A DNA stretch of 64,000 nt from Blastocatellia bacterium. GTDB taxonomy: Bacteria; Acidobacteriota; Blastocatellia; UBA7656. The number at the start of each line of letters is the position of its first letter. The stretch's first letter is position 1. Both the position numbers and the translations under genes were made by a program. This document shows, piece by piece, positions 47,434-56,838 of this stretch. The stretch lies in contig DATFWY010000251.1 in the NCBI GenBank assembly GCA_035258805.1, positions 843 to 64,842 of the forward strand, read 5' to 3'. The notes below the pieces were generated by a model. The model did no database searches. It was not told the origin of the DNA and saw only the letters and a list, made by a program, of their open reading frames with translations.

Positions 47434-49332
47434 CTAAACCTTCTTCGTTCGTCGTTCGGCGACCGAGTAGCGCGGATACCATGTTGATTCAGATCCTATT
47501 CCGCTGCGTTCGATCACGACATCAACAATGTAAGGCCTTCCATCGCGCGTTGCTTTTACCCCGCGCTGAAGGGCTGCACGCAGGCCGTCTGGATTTGTCA
47601 CCGCTTCGCCCGCGATTCCAAAACCGGCGCCGATCCTGGCGAAATCAACGTCTGGGCTTCCCAGGTAACACGCCATATCTTTTCCGGTTTGCCCTTGTTT
47701 TCCCATTTTGCCGAGAATTCGCTGTCGAGGTTCGTTGTAACCTCGATTATTGAAGACCACCGTAATTACCGGGACCTCATAGCGCGCCATGCTCCACAAT
47801 GCAGGTAAGCCGCCAAACATGAAGGCTCCGTCGCCTATAACCGAGACCACCTGTCTATTCGGCTGAGCGAGCTTGGCCCCGATCGACAGCCCCACTCCCC
47901 ATCCAAGCGCCTGTTGCTGAGAACGTCCGATACGCAGTCGTCCGTTATCGCCTGTACGAAGATAACTGAAGAGTTTCGACTTTTCTGTGCTCAATTCATC
48001 GACTATCAGCGCATCCTTGTCAATTGCGTTATCGATCTCCATTGCGAGACGCTGCCAGGAGATCGGATTATTGTCCCAATTTCCCTTGGCTACTGCGCTA
48101 AGAGAATCCTGCATCGATTTGTTGAATGCGGCTATCGCTTCGATTCGAGGCTTAGCTATTCCGGCCAGTCGCTCCTTGGTCGCCGTGCTCTTTATCGCTG
48201 TGATTATGTCGCGTACTCCGAGCCGAACGTCGGCCAGCATTGGCAGCTCCACCGAGTAGGCTTTATTGATCTCGTCGGATTCAGTGGTGATTTGAATCAC
48301 CTTTGTGTTTCCGGGACTAGGAAGGAATCCTCCGAGTACCAGCAACACATCGGCGGCTCTCGGGAATCGAGTATTCGGAGTGTGCTCGGCGTTGATGAAC
48401 AACGGGTGTGCTGTCGGAAAACAGTCGACCCAGGAATCAATCAGCACTCGCATTGCGGGAATCCCGAGCAACTCCGCAAGCTCTATACATTCGGGCCGCG
48501 CCCCGCTAGTCCACGCTTCAGGGCCCGCATACAAGCACGGGTTCTTAGCCTCCAGCAGCATGCGGGCCGCCGTTTCCACTGCGGCAGCCGGCGGCCTGAT
48601 CGCAGCGGGGATGTTGAACTTTTCCTGGGGAACGATCGTAGCGGCGACATCCTTGCGAACAAGTACGTCTTCGGGATAGGTCGTGAGCACCGGTCCACCC
48701 GGCGGAGTGGTCGCTACCTTTATTGCTCGGCGCGTGACGTCGGTTATCACGTCTGATTGTGATACGAGCCAATGCCATTTTGATGTTGCCCCGGCTGTAT
48801 TCAGCAGGACTCTCCCTTCGTAGATGCCAGTTTGATCCTCAAACTCCGTTGGGACCATATCAGTGGCGACGATGATCGGTAGCCGAGCCGACCGCGCGTT
48901 AAACATATTCGATGATGCATGAGGTGCTCCTGCGACTGACATCATAGCTACGCCAATCTTGCCTGATGCCATAGCGATGCCCGAGGCAATCGCAACGCCC
49001 TGACCTTCTTCAACCGCTAGAACCAGGTGCATTCGCGGATGGTCGACGAGAGCGTCATAAACACCACGCGAATGCGATGAGTTGCCGACCACAACGAATT
49101 CAGCCCCGGCCGCGCACCACTGCTCAACCAGTACTTCTCCTCCGGTGCCTTGCATCGTCTTTACACCGTTAGCTCCCTCACCTACGAGCTCTGTCCCCGC
49201 GGCAGTCAGCGGACTCAAGGATTCCAATACAGCGTTTGCTGCAACTGTGCTGAAACCAGCGGCCGCCATTTTCTTCAGAAACCCGCGGCGGGATAGACCA
49301 TTGTTCAGGTAACGCATCACCAGGTCTCGCAT
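47434..49332 (-). CDS. Thiamine diphosphate-dependent enzyme (benzoylformate decarboxylase-like) with TAT signal
   Basis: SRRGFLKK; LAVEEGQGVAIASG; GDGAFMFG...VVFNNRGY. Confidence 0.9.
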   Translation of the reverse strand: MRDLVMRYLNNGLSRRGFLKKMAAAGFSTVAANAVLESLSPLTAAGTELVGEGANGVKTMQGTGGEVLVEQWCAAGAEFVVVGNSSHSRGVYDALVDHPRMHLVLAVEEGQGVAIASGIAMASGKIGVAMMSVAGAPHASSNMFNARSARLPIIVATDMVPTEFEDQTGIYEGRVLLNTAGATSKWHWLVSQSDVITDVTRRAIKVATTPPGGPVLTTYPEDVLVRKDVAATIVPQEKFNIPAAIRPPAAAVETAARMLLEAKNPCLYAGPEAWTSGARPECIELAELLGIPAMRVLIDSWVDCFPTAHPLFINAEHTPNTRFPRAADVLLVLGGFLPSPGNTKVIQITTESDEINKAYSVELPMLADVRLGVRDIITAIKSTATKERLAGIAKPRIEAIAAFNKSMQDSLSAVAKGNWDNNPISWQRLAMEIDNAIDKDALIVDELSTEKSKLFSYLRTGDNGRLRIGRSQQQALGWGVGLSIGAKLAQPNRQVVSVIGDGAFMFGGLPALWSMARYEVPVITVVFNNRGYNEPRQRILGKMGKQGQTGKDMACYLGSPDVDFARIGAGFGIAGEAVTNPDGLRAALQRGVKATRDGRPYIVDVVIERSGIGSESTWYPRYSVAERRTKKV

Positions 49333-49417
49333 TGGAGTTCTCCTTCGTCTGTTTCCACGTCAGACTCTTTGCACCGGGTTCCGATCCAGCTTTACCGATC
49401 CATCACTTCGAGAAACC

Positions 49418-50908
49418 TCAACGATTTGCCGATTTACTCTTCTCGAGTCTATCCAATTCTCGTTCAAGCCAAACCGGACGAGTAATTGTTGGCGTAGGTA
49501 TTGGAATCGAATAGTTCGGGTGATAGCTTATGTCTATTACCTGCCCATCCTTTAACACTGCAGTCACACGTTGAGCATTACGAATATCGTCGAGCGGGTT
49601 GGCGCTAACCACGATCATATCCGCTCGTTTGCCTGGCTTGATGGTCCCGAGTTCCCTACCCTTTCCGAGGAATTCGGCATTGTCGCGAGTTGCGATTGTA
49701 ATCGCCTGCATCGGCGTGAATCCTGCGTCAACCAGAAACATCATCTCTCTTTGCAGGCTCAATCCAGGAACGGACAGGAAGGTGTCAGAGCCCGCCACTA
49801 TTTTTCCGCCGGCCTTGTAGAACGCCTTCAAAAGATCCTGTATTTTCTTGTAGCCCACGCGCATCTCAGCCAGGTCGTCTGCGCTCTTGAGTTTGTAAAC
49901 GATTGAGGTAGCCCACATCTTCTTGACGTCGTCCGGAACATAGGCCAGTTGCGGATTCCTGGAATACTCAGCGTCTTCACGAGCGAAATCGTCCCGCCTT
50001 TCCGTAGCCATTCTCCACCAACTGGACATAGTCGGTATCAACGCGACCTTCTTGCCAGCGAGGTATTTCGCAAGTTGTTCCGCTTTGACTGGATCAATCT
50101 TCGAAAATGACTTGATGTCATTGATGAACATCTGCAATTCATTCGGTGTTGACGTGAGTCGCCGGGGATAGTCAGTGAGAGCCTGGACGATTCCGCTCGC
50201 GTGTTCAAGGCCGTCGATGCCTGCGTCCGCAGCTTCACGAGCATCTACGCTCCTCAGATGTCCCGTGACAGGTATCCCAAGCTTGTGCGCTTCTTCGATG
50301 ATTGCTTTCAAAAGCTCCGGAGTGATCTTCTCACGCACCTTGATGGCCGATGCTCCCTTGCCGTGAAGCAGATCCACCGCGCGCTTCGCCTGCGTCTCGT
50401 TTTCAACGGCGACGTGCGTTTCCCTGGCCGGCGGCGGCGTGTCCAGTCCGTCACCAACGTAGAAGATCCGAGGTCCGCGTATCCTTCCTTGCTCAACAGC
50501 GGCGCTGACATCGGCGATCCATTGAAGGTCATTACCAAGATCTTTAACAGTGGTTACCCCATTCGCTAAGAAGAGCTCGCCCATCCAATCGTGGTAATGT
50601 ACGTGCATATCGATCAGACCGGGAAGAACGAACTTGCCCGTGGCATCTACGATCTTTGTTGCCTTGGGAAACTTCGCCGTAGCCTTTGTTCCGATTTGCG
50701 CGATCTTATTGCCTTTGATTAGAACGACTGAATCCGGGATCGGCGGCCCGCCGTTTCCATCGATGAGTGTCCCGCCAATTACGGCAACCATCTGCTCGGG
50801 TTGTGCAATGGATTGAGTGCTTGCTCCCGATTGTATCAGGCCGAGAATAGACAGAGATAAGCAAACAACTCGCAGCATTCTGCGAAGGCCGAGGTGCGTT
50901 CCCTTCAT
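49418..50908 (-). CDS. Secreted amidohydrolase
   Basis: Signal peptide; PGLIDMHVH, TGH, LEH, GSD, GKRAD. Confidence 0.92.
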   Translation of the reverse strand: MKGTHLGLRRMLRVVCLSLSILGLIQSGASTQSIAQPEQMVAVIGGTLIDGNGGPPIPDSVVLIKGNKIAQIGTKATAKFPKATKIVDATGKFVLPGLIDMHVHYHDWMGELFLANGVTTVKDLGNDLQWIADVSAAVEQGRIRGPRIFYVGDGLDTPPPARETHVAVENETQAKRAVDLLHGKGASAIKVREKITPELLKAIIEEAHKLGIPVTGHLRSVDAREAADAGIDGLEHASGIVQALTDYPRRLTSTPNELQMFINDIKSFSKIDPVKAEQLAKYLAGKKVALIPTMSSWWRMATERRDDFAREDAEYSRNPQLAYVPDDVKKMWATSIVYKLKSADDLAEMRVGYKKIQDLLKAFYKAGGKIVAGSDTFLSVPGLSLQREMMFLVDAGFTPMQAITIATRDNAEFLGKGRELGTIKPGKRADMIVVSANPLDDIRNAQRVTAVLKDGQVIDISYHPNYSIPIPTPTITRPVWLERELDRLEKSKSANR

Positions 50909-50927
50909 GTTCTGTTCTCCTGAAAAC

Positions 50928-51389
50928 CTATTTCGGCAGGTTCGTAGCTTGATGCGCTACCAGTCTCCACTGACCCTGCTGTTTCACGTAAACACGCAGA
51001 AAGCGGTTTTGCACAGTGTAATCCTGTCCCTGGTATTTCGCGTTGATGGTGTTTCGGCCCGCCAGGATTGCAGTATTGCCGTATACCTTGGCGACTACAT
51101 CGTCTCTTTCAATAGACAGGTATGTGCGGTCGCCCGCTTTGAACCCGGCTATGACCTCTGCTTTTGTTTCGACCTTCCCTGTCGGGTGTACATACGTACA
51201 GTCATCGGCAAGTATGCGGCTCAGGGCCGCGGTGTCGCCGTGCATGTAGGCCTCGGCTCGCTCAGTATCTACTTTCAACACTTCTTCCTCGGCTTTAACA
51301 TCGGCTGGCGTGCGCTTACTGTTCTCCTGGGCTTTGATTGAAAACACGGAAAGAAAAATTAAAGCACCAACAAAAGCGATCCGCTTCAT
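50928..51389 (-). CDS. Secreted NTF2-like (DUF4440) protein
   Basis: Signal peptide; ILADDCTYVHPTG, VYGNTAIL, WRLVAHQAT. Confidence 0.9.
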   Translation of the reverse strand: MKRIAFVGALIFLSVFSIKAQENSKRTPADVKAEEEVLKVDTERAEAYMHGDTAALSRILADDCTYVHPTGKVETKAEVIAGFKAGDRTYLSIERDDVVAKVYGNTAILAGRNTINAKYQGQDYTVQNRFLRVYVKQQGQWRLVAHQATNLPK

Positions 51390-51542
51390 ATCTTTTACAT
51401 CCTCCTTTGCAAAGTGCGCCTTGGCAAGAAGGCAACTTGCTCACTTATTCCACTCTCTCAAAGACTGTGTGAGAAATCATGAATACCACCGATGGGGCAG
51501 TGGGTGGTATTCAGGGCTTCACCCAGCCTCCCATGAATCGTC

Positions 51543-53021
51543 TCACTTTGTTTCTACCGATGTCTCGACTCCGGAGAGCATTTCGTCCAGAGTTGACCTG
51601 GGAATCAATTTGCCGCCGAGCACGACTGCGGCGATCCTCCTGGTGTTCCTGATTTCCTCAAGCGGATTGCCATCCAATAACACCAGGTCCGCTATCTTGC
51701 CCTTTTCAACTGTGCCGAGCGAGTCAAGCAATCCAAAGTACTCAGCAGGATTGCGCGTTGCGCAGCGGAGCGCGTCTACTGGAGTAAGTCCAGCCTTGAC
51801 CAGCAGAGCGAGCTCGTCGTGCAGGCTGAAGCCTGGATATTCGTAAAGACCGGCGGTATCGGTACCGGCCAGTAGCTTTACGCCGGATTTGTGCATCGCT
51901 CTTATGAGCCGTAATTGAGCCTCGAAAAGTCTTTGACGTTCAGGAAAGTACTCAGGATCAAACCCTTTCAAAAGAGCCGCCTTCTGGACCTTCCAGGAAT
52001 CTTTCCTTTCGCGGGGGATGTACTTGAGCCGAGAATCGTTGAGGAAATAGCGGTCATCAGTCATTGCGAGGTTTTGCCAGCCAACGAGTGTGGGCGTCTG
52101 CCAGGTACCGTTCTTAACAAAATGTGCAAAAAGGGCAGCCGCATTCTTGTCGTCGTAGGTATCGAGGGTCTTCAATTCGGTCCTTATTTCAGCGCCAACG
52201 AAAACAGACAGGCCCGATTTGGCGACTGTCGCGTTCGCTTCATCATGCAAGGCGTCGGCATTCTTGGAGCACGCAGAAACAACTCCAAAGAGGTGTTCGA
52301 GAGATTTCTGTCCAGCATCCGACGCTTCGGAAGCAGTGACGCTTGCGGGTACGTGGCCGGCAAACGAGAGGCCCTGTTTCTTTGCCTGCTCCGCAACAGC
52401 GAAGTACGATTCCCGCGGCAGCATTGAATAGACTTTTATGAAATCTGCGCCCTGCTGCTTTAGGTTATCCACCGCTTGCCGGGCTTCGATCGCGTTCTCA
52501 ACATTCAGAGAAGTTCGCCGTCCTATTTTGCGTGGTCCATCTACAATTACACCGGCGGCGAAGATGCGAGGGCCAATCAAAGTGCCATTGGCTATCTGTT
52601 TGCGCCACTCTTTGAGCTGTACAAACTCTTCCGGATTCCCGCCCATCTCGCGTATACCGGTCACACCGTTGGCGATGAAAAGCGCCAAAAACTCCATATA
52701 TGAGATGTGTGCGTGCATGTCCCACAGACCCGGAATCAAGAACTTGCCGCTTCCATCAAAGCGCTTGACATCCTTCGGCGCTTTGACATTATCGGTCGTA
52801 CCGATTTCCTTGATTCGATCGCCGACGATCACCACGGTCGTGTCACGGATGAGCCGGGCTCCAGTAGTGTCGACTACGGTGACGTGTGTTATAACGAGAG
52901 GAATTTTGGCCTCGCCTTTTAGTTGGGCAACCAAGAACGTACTGAGCGCAAAAATAATTAGAAGCGCAATGACAATCATCATTGCCGCCGTTAAGCGTCG
53001 AGATATTCCTTGTTCGCACAT
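51543..53021 (-). CDS. Secreted amidohydrolase
   Basis: PGLWDMHAH, FIKVY, FAGH, LEH, AGTD, GKIADLV. Confidence 0.92.
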   Translation of the reverse strand: MCEQGISRRLTAAMMIVIALLIIFALSTFLVAQLKGEAKIPLVITHVTVVDTTGARLIRDTTVVIVGDRIKEIGTTDNVKAPKDVKRFDGSGKFLIPGLWDMHAHISYMEFLALFIANGVTGIREMGGNPEEFVQLKEWRKQIANGTLIGPRIFAAGVIVDGPRKIGRRTSLNVENAIEARQAVDNLKQQGADFIKVYSMLPRESYFAVAEQAKKQGLSFAGHVPASVTASEASDAGQKSLEHLFGVVSACSKNADALHDEANATVAKSGLSVFVGAEIRTELKTLDTYDDKNAAALFAHFVKNGTWQTPTLVGWQNLAMTDDRYFLNDSRLKYIPRERKDSWKVQKAALLKGFDPEYFPERQRLFEAQLRLIRAMHKSGVKLLAGTDTAGLYEYPGFSLHDELALLVKAGLTPVDALRCATRNPAEYFGLLDSLGTVEKGKIADLVLLDGNPLEEIRNTRRIAAVVLGGKLIPRSTLDEMLSGVETSVETK

Positions 53022-53054
53022 AATCGCTGGGATGCCCGCTTTAATTCTGAGCGT

Positions 53055-53930
53055 TCAATCTACCGATCTCGGAGCGTTCTTCTCTTTACGCGTCCGGTTG
53101 CCAAGTGTTGCCGATAACCAGGAACCAACCATCTCTTCTATGGGCGGTTCGTTTGGAAACTCGAATCGCCAGGTGCTGAACATCGTGGTCCCCATCGCAA
53201 GCCCATCAAAAACCTGTATCCGGCTGTTCCCGTTTTTTGAAGCGAGATAAGCGTCGACCATATCCTTGAGCCCAGGCTTGTCTTCCTTACTGACGAGACA
53301 AAAGATCGGTTTGCGGGTCCTGGAAAATGCATCTACGGCAAAGCGATTGAGACGACCAGAGATCAGAACGCAAGCGACGACGTGTTTGCTTGTTGCAGCC
53401 GCAGTCAAAACGGCGCCGGCAGTATCCTGTTCCCCTACGATGCCAATGTGATTTCGCTTAACTCCTGTTTGCGCTAGGAACTGAAGCGCGGCTTTAACGT
53501 CCAATAGAACGGCCTCCCGCTGCTCCGGAGCCATCGAATGAAATCTCTGCGGCTCGCGACTGGCTCCTCGCCCGCGAATGTCAATTCTAAGCGTCGCAAG
53601 CCCATGGCTGGATAACGTATCTGCCAGGCTGGGGGTCGAAATCTGGCCAAAGGCGTCGGATTCGTGTCTTGAGCCGTGCACCAGGACGACGCCGGGCACC
53701 CTGCCGCTACTTCGCGGGATGTGAAGCGTTCCGATAATTCGCCAACCGTCCTTCGTTTTGAATTCGACTGTTTCCTCGCACCCCAGATCTGCGGCTGACG
53801 CTGCGCTAGCCGCGATGGATGATGCGTTTGAACCCATCTCGCTGCTTCGACGTTGCTCGACCGCACCTGACGCGAATCCTGCTGTGTTCGTCGATTTGGA
53901 TTTCACTGGGCTACACCAGCTTTGAGCCAT
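53055..53930 (-). CDS. Alpha/beta-hydrolase-fold protein, single A-type domain, triad absent
   Basis: VEFKTKDGW, IDIRGRGAS, GEQDT elbow, GLAMGTTMF. Confidence 0.85.
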   Translation of the reverse strand: MAQSWCSPVKSKSTNTAGFASGAVEQRRSSEMGSNASSIAASAASAADLGCEETVEFKTKDGWRIIGTLHIPRSSGRVPGVVLVHGSRHESDAFGQISTPSLADTLSSHGLATLRIDIRGRGASREPQRFHSMAPEQREAVLLDVKAALQFLAQTGVKRNHIGIVGEQDTAGAVLTAAATSKHVVACVLISGRLNRFAVDAFSRTRKPIFCLVSKEDKPGLKDMVDAYLASKNGNSRIQVFDGLAMGTTMFSTWRFEFPNEPPIEEMVGSWLSATLGNRTRKEKNAPRSVD

Positions 53931-55240
53931 TCAACGACTAATGGCTCAAGCTTCGGGTCTAATTCGAAAAGCTGATAACCGATAGCGCCGCCGTCGTACA
54001 TAAGAAGACGCGTCAACTTGTCGGGCGTCGCTTCGTACAATGCTCGCATGATCTGAGTCACCTGCTTATGTCCGGTGCAGGTCACGTACAGAGTATGAAC
54101 CGCACCGCTGGTCAGGTAATCGCGTTCTTTGTCATCGACCGGTATGTATCCGGTCAACAATGCCAGAGCTTTGACGCGCGAATCTCCTATCGATCCGCGC
54201 ACTGCATGCTCGGCGCCGTGAACAACGCCGACAACCCCAACTCTATCTCGATCGACTCCGTCCTGTGACGTCAGAAAATCAATTGCCGCCTTTGCATCGA
54301 GCCTGCCATTAGCACGCTCCTCTTTCGAAAGATCGAAATACTTACCTTTGCTGGTGCTCTTGCCCCGGCCTCGCCAATCGATATTGAGCACGGCGAATCC
54401 TTCTCGCACAAGTAATCGTTCGAGACTTGCGAACACATATCGATCGCTGCGTCCGGAGTGCAGCAACACCGCGCCGGGTGACGGCCAGACATCGGTATCG
54501 GGGAACAGCAAATTGCCGAAGATCTCCCAACCATCTTCGGTTGTGAAGGAAACCTCACGCTCGCGGCCTACTGAAGAAAGCTGACGGCGAATCCATCCAG
54601 CTATCAGTTGCTCAATCGGTTCGCGATCCGGAAAACGGAATGCCCACTTCTCAATCATCCGCTCCCCGCGTCCCATCCCTTCGAAGACATGCAAGTCTGT
54701 ATCTGGATGGTTCGAGGAAAGATAAATGTCGGTCATGTCTCTCAAAGAAGCCTTGTCCTCGCTGCTCGCTATACACAAAACAGGGTCATCCTGCCACTCG
54801 GTAAGAAATTGCTTCGCGGTACTGCTCAATCGACCCGACAAGAACACGAAAGACCTGACTTGCGAAAAGGCGCGTGAGCCAAGGACTGCCGCGTCTGCAG
54901 CGCCTTTTTCGGCAATGATCGCGATGCGATCGCCGACACCCTGCCTGGCAGACAACAGCTCCACGGCCGATCTCACCGATTTCACCTGCCGGTCCGATTT
55001 ATGCAGTGAGTCCTTCTCTGTTCTTCTGTTGTTCTCAACTGTCTTATCTCGAAGCTCAACCCAATGAAACGACAAACCGGCAGATTCAATAGCCACAGAA
55101 AGCCGGTTGCTGGGAGCGATCGAGCTTCCGCGGCCATTTTTCCGGGAGGCTCGCGAAGACCTGAGCATTAGAACGCTACCAAGCGAGCTGGTTAAGCCCG
55201 TAGGATTCAAAGCGTCCACTTGTTCGTCCTTTATTCCCAA
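53903..55240 (-). CDS. Tandem (diverged A + B) alpha/beta-hydrolase-fold protein, triad absent
   Basis: AEKGA and GVVHG elbows; EVSFTTEDGW; YDGGAIGYQLF. Confidence 0.85.
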   Translation of the reverse strand: MGIKDEQVDALNPTGLTSSLGSVLMLRSSRASRKNGRGSSIAPSNRLSVAIESAGLSFHWVELRDKTVENNRRTEKDSLHKSDRQVKSVRSAVELLSARQGVGDRIAIIAEKGAADAAVLGSRAFSQVRSFVFLSGRLSSTAKQFLTEWQDDPVLCIASSEDKASLRDMTDIYLSSNHPDTDLHVFEGMGRGERMIEKWAFRFPDREPIEQLIAGWIRRQLSSVGREREVSFTTEDGWEIFGNLLFPDTDVWPSPGAVLLHSGRSDRYVFASLERLLVREGFAVLNIDWRGRGKSTSKGKYFDLSKEERANGRLDAKAAIDFLTSQDGVDRDRVGVVGVVHGAEHAVRGSIGDSRVKALALLTGYIPVDDKERDYLTSGAVHTLYVTCTGHKQVTQIMRALYEATPDKLTRLLMYDGGAIGYQLFELDPKLEPLVVEWLKAGVAQ

Positions 55241-55307
55241 TGCTAACTTTTCGATAACATTCCTAGGTGCAATCGTGACCGTCCCAGGAAAGATTGATAA
55301 TTACGTG

Positions 55308-56795
55308 CTAAGGGCACGTCGCGCCGCTGACGCCAACTTCCTTGAGTTCTGAGCGATGAACTTCGAGCTGCTTTTTGAACCACGAGACTATAGTTGGCTC
55401 GAGTTCTCTGTCCTCACGAAAACGTAAGTACGCTACGATGCTGCCTGGATACGTAAGCACCTTGTTTGAGTAATTCTCCGCGACGGTAGAAGCGAAATTC
55501 CTTGTCAGCTCCCCCATTCCGTCACCGGTAACGACAAGAACAGGTTGCTTGATTGAACTCAGAGTGTCCCGGTCGCCCGCATCGCTCCACGCCCACACCA
55601 CGGGATCGAGCATCCCAATTGCTCTCAAGTTCGGATTCTCTTTTGCGCCGTTTAGAGCATAGTTAGCCGCGAGCAATGCACCCAGAACACCTATTCGATC
55701 AGCATCGACACCATTGCACGAAGTGAGCACCTGATAGCCTCTATGAAGGTCGCGTCGTCCCGCCATGATTTCTGCGAGACTTTGGTCAATGTATGACCCT
55801 TTGTTGATGCTTTTGCCGATGCCCCGATATTCAAGGTTAAGAAAGGCTATGTTATTGGCCAGCAGCAATCGCTCGAGATTCCGATAGATGTTTCGATCAG
55901 TTAGCGCGGTGGGTAGGAGGATTACTCCGGGAACTGTCTGTCCACGATCTATTGCTTCCGGTAAACCGAGATTTGCGTAGAGTATCCATCCGTCCTCGGT
56001 TTCAATTGTTATCTCGCGAACGTTGCCCAAAAGTCGAAGCTGCTCTTCCAGCCAGGCCCCCGCGGCGAAGTCCAACGCGTTCTCTATAGGCCGGTCGGCA
56101 TATCGATTGCGCCACATATTACACATCGTGACGCCTACGCCGAGACCGTCCTGCACCCAAATATCGCTTTGCGGGTTTTTATTCAAACTGTAAGCCTTGG
56201 TCATATCAGCGAAGCCTCGCTTGTCTTCTTTGCTGACGATGAACAGCATCGGCTTGTTTCTGTTTCCAGCTAACACCTCCATTGCGCTCTGAGACAGAAT
56301 TCCGGAGAGAAGCACCAGAACACCGACCCGCGAATCTTGCATGGCGCCTATCACTGCAGGTCCGGCGCTGAACTCTTCGGCCACGACTCCAATGCGTCTG
56401 TGATCCACCTCATCCTGCGTGCCGATAAAGTCGAGCGCGGCCCGGACGTCCAGCACAACCTTGTCGCGCTCGGCCTGAGGCATTTCTATGAATGGAGTTC
56501 CTCCTTCGCTTTTCCCGCGTCCTCGTATGTCGATCCGCAACGTGACCACAGATTCCTGAAGCTTCGCCCAACCGGGAAAGCTGACCCAAACTGACCGCGA
56601 GTGCATTGAAGAGTGAAGCAGAAGGACAGCGGGACGCCTCTCCGATTTGGGCTGCTTCGACGGGATGGTGAGGGAACCACTAATGGTCCAGCCATCTTCA
56701 GTAACAAAGGTCACTTCTTTCTGAATTGAATCTGGCTTCAAATAGAAACCAGCCGGCTTGTCGTCCTTCTCATTCATTATCTGGTTGAACTTCAT
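55308..56795 (-). CDS. Tandem (A+B) alpha/beta-hydrolase-fold protein, triad absent
   Basis: EVTFVTEDGW, AEEFS and GALLA elbows, YPGSIV. Confidence 0.85.
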   Translation of the reverse strand: MKFNQIMNEKDDKPAGFYLKPDSIQKEVTFVTEDGWTISGSLTIPSKQPKSERRPAVLLLHSSMHSRSVWVSFPGWAKLQESVVTLRIDIRGRGKSEGGTPFIEMPQAERDKVVLDVRAALDFIGTQDEVDHRRIGVVAEEFSAGPAVIGAMQDSRVGVLVLLSGILSQSAMEVLAGNRNKPMLFIVSKEDKRGFADMTKAYSLNKNPQSDIWVQDGLGVGVTMCNMWRNRYADRPIENALDFAAGAWLEEQLRLLGNVREITIETEDGWILYANLGLPEAIDRGQTVPGVILLPTALTDRNIYRNLERLLLANNIAFLNLEYRGIGKSINKGSYIDQSLAEIMAGRRDLHRGYQVLTSCNGVDADRIGVLGALLAANYALNGAKENPNLRAIGMLDPVVWAWSDAGDRDTLSSIKQPVLVVTGDGMGELTRNFASTVAENYSNKVLTYPGSIVAYLRFREDRELEPTIVSWFKKQLEVHRSELKEVGVSGATCP

Positions 56796-56838
56796 CGCCG
56801 AGATCTGTAACTGAGCTCCAGCCTGGGCTTTCTGGTGA

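Noticed and set aside
47914-48756. Long antisense or alternate-frame ORFs in the track (also 11188-11685, 18780-19625, 29783-30307, 42031-42636, 52438-53250)
   Set aside because: They overlap well-supported genes and show no recognisable motifs or RBS; treated as shadow ORFs.
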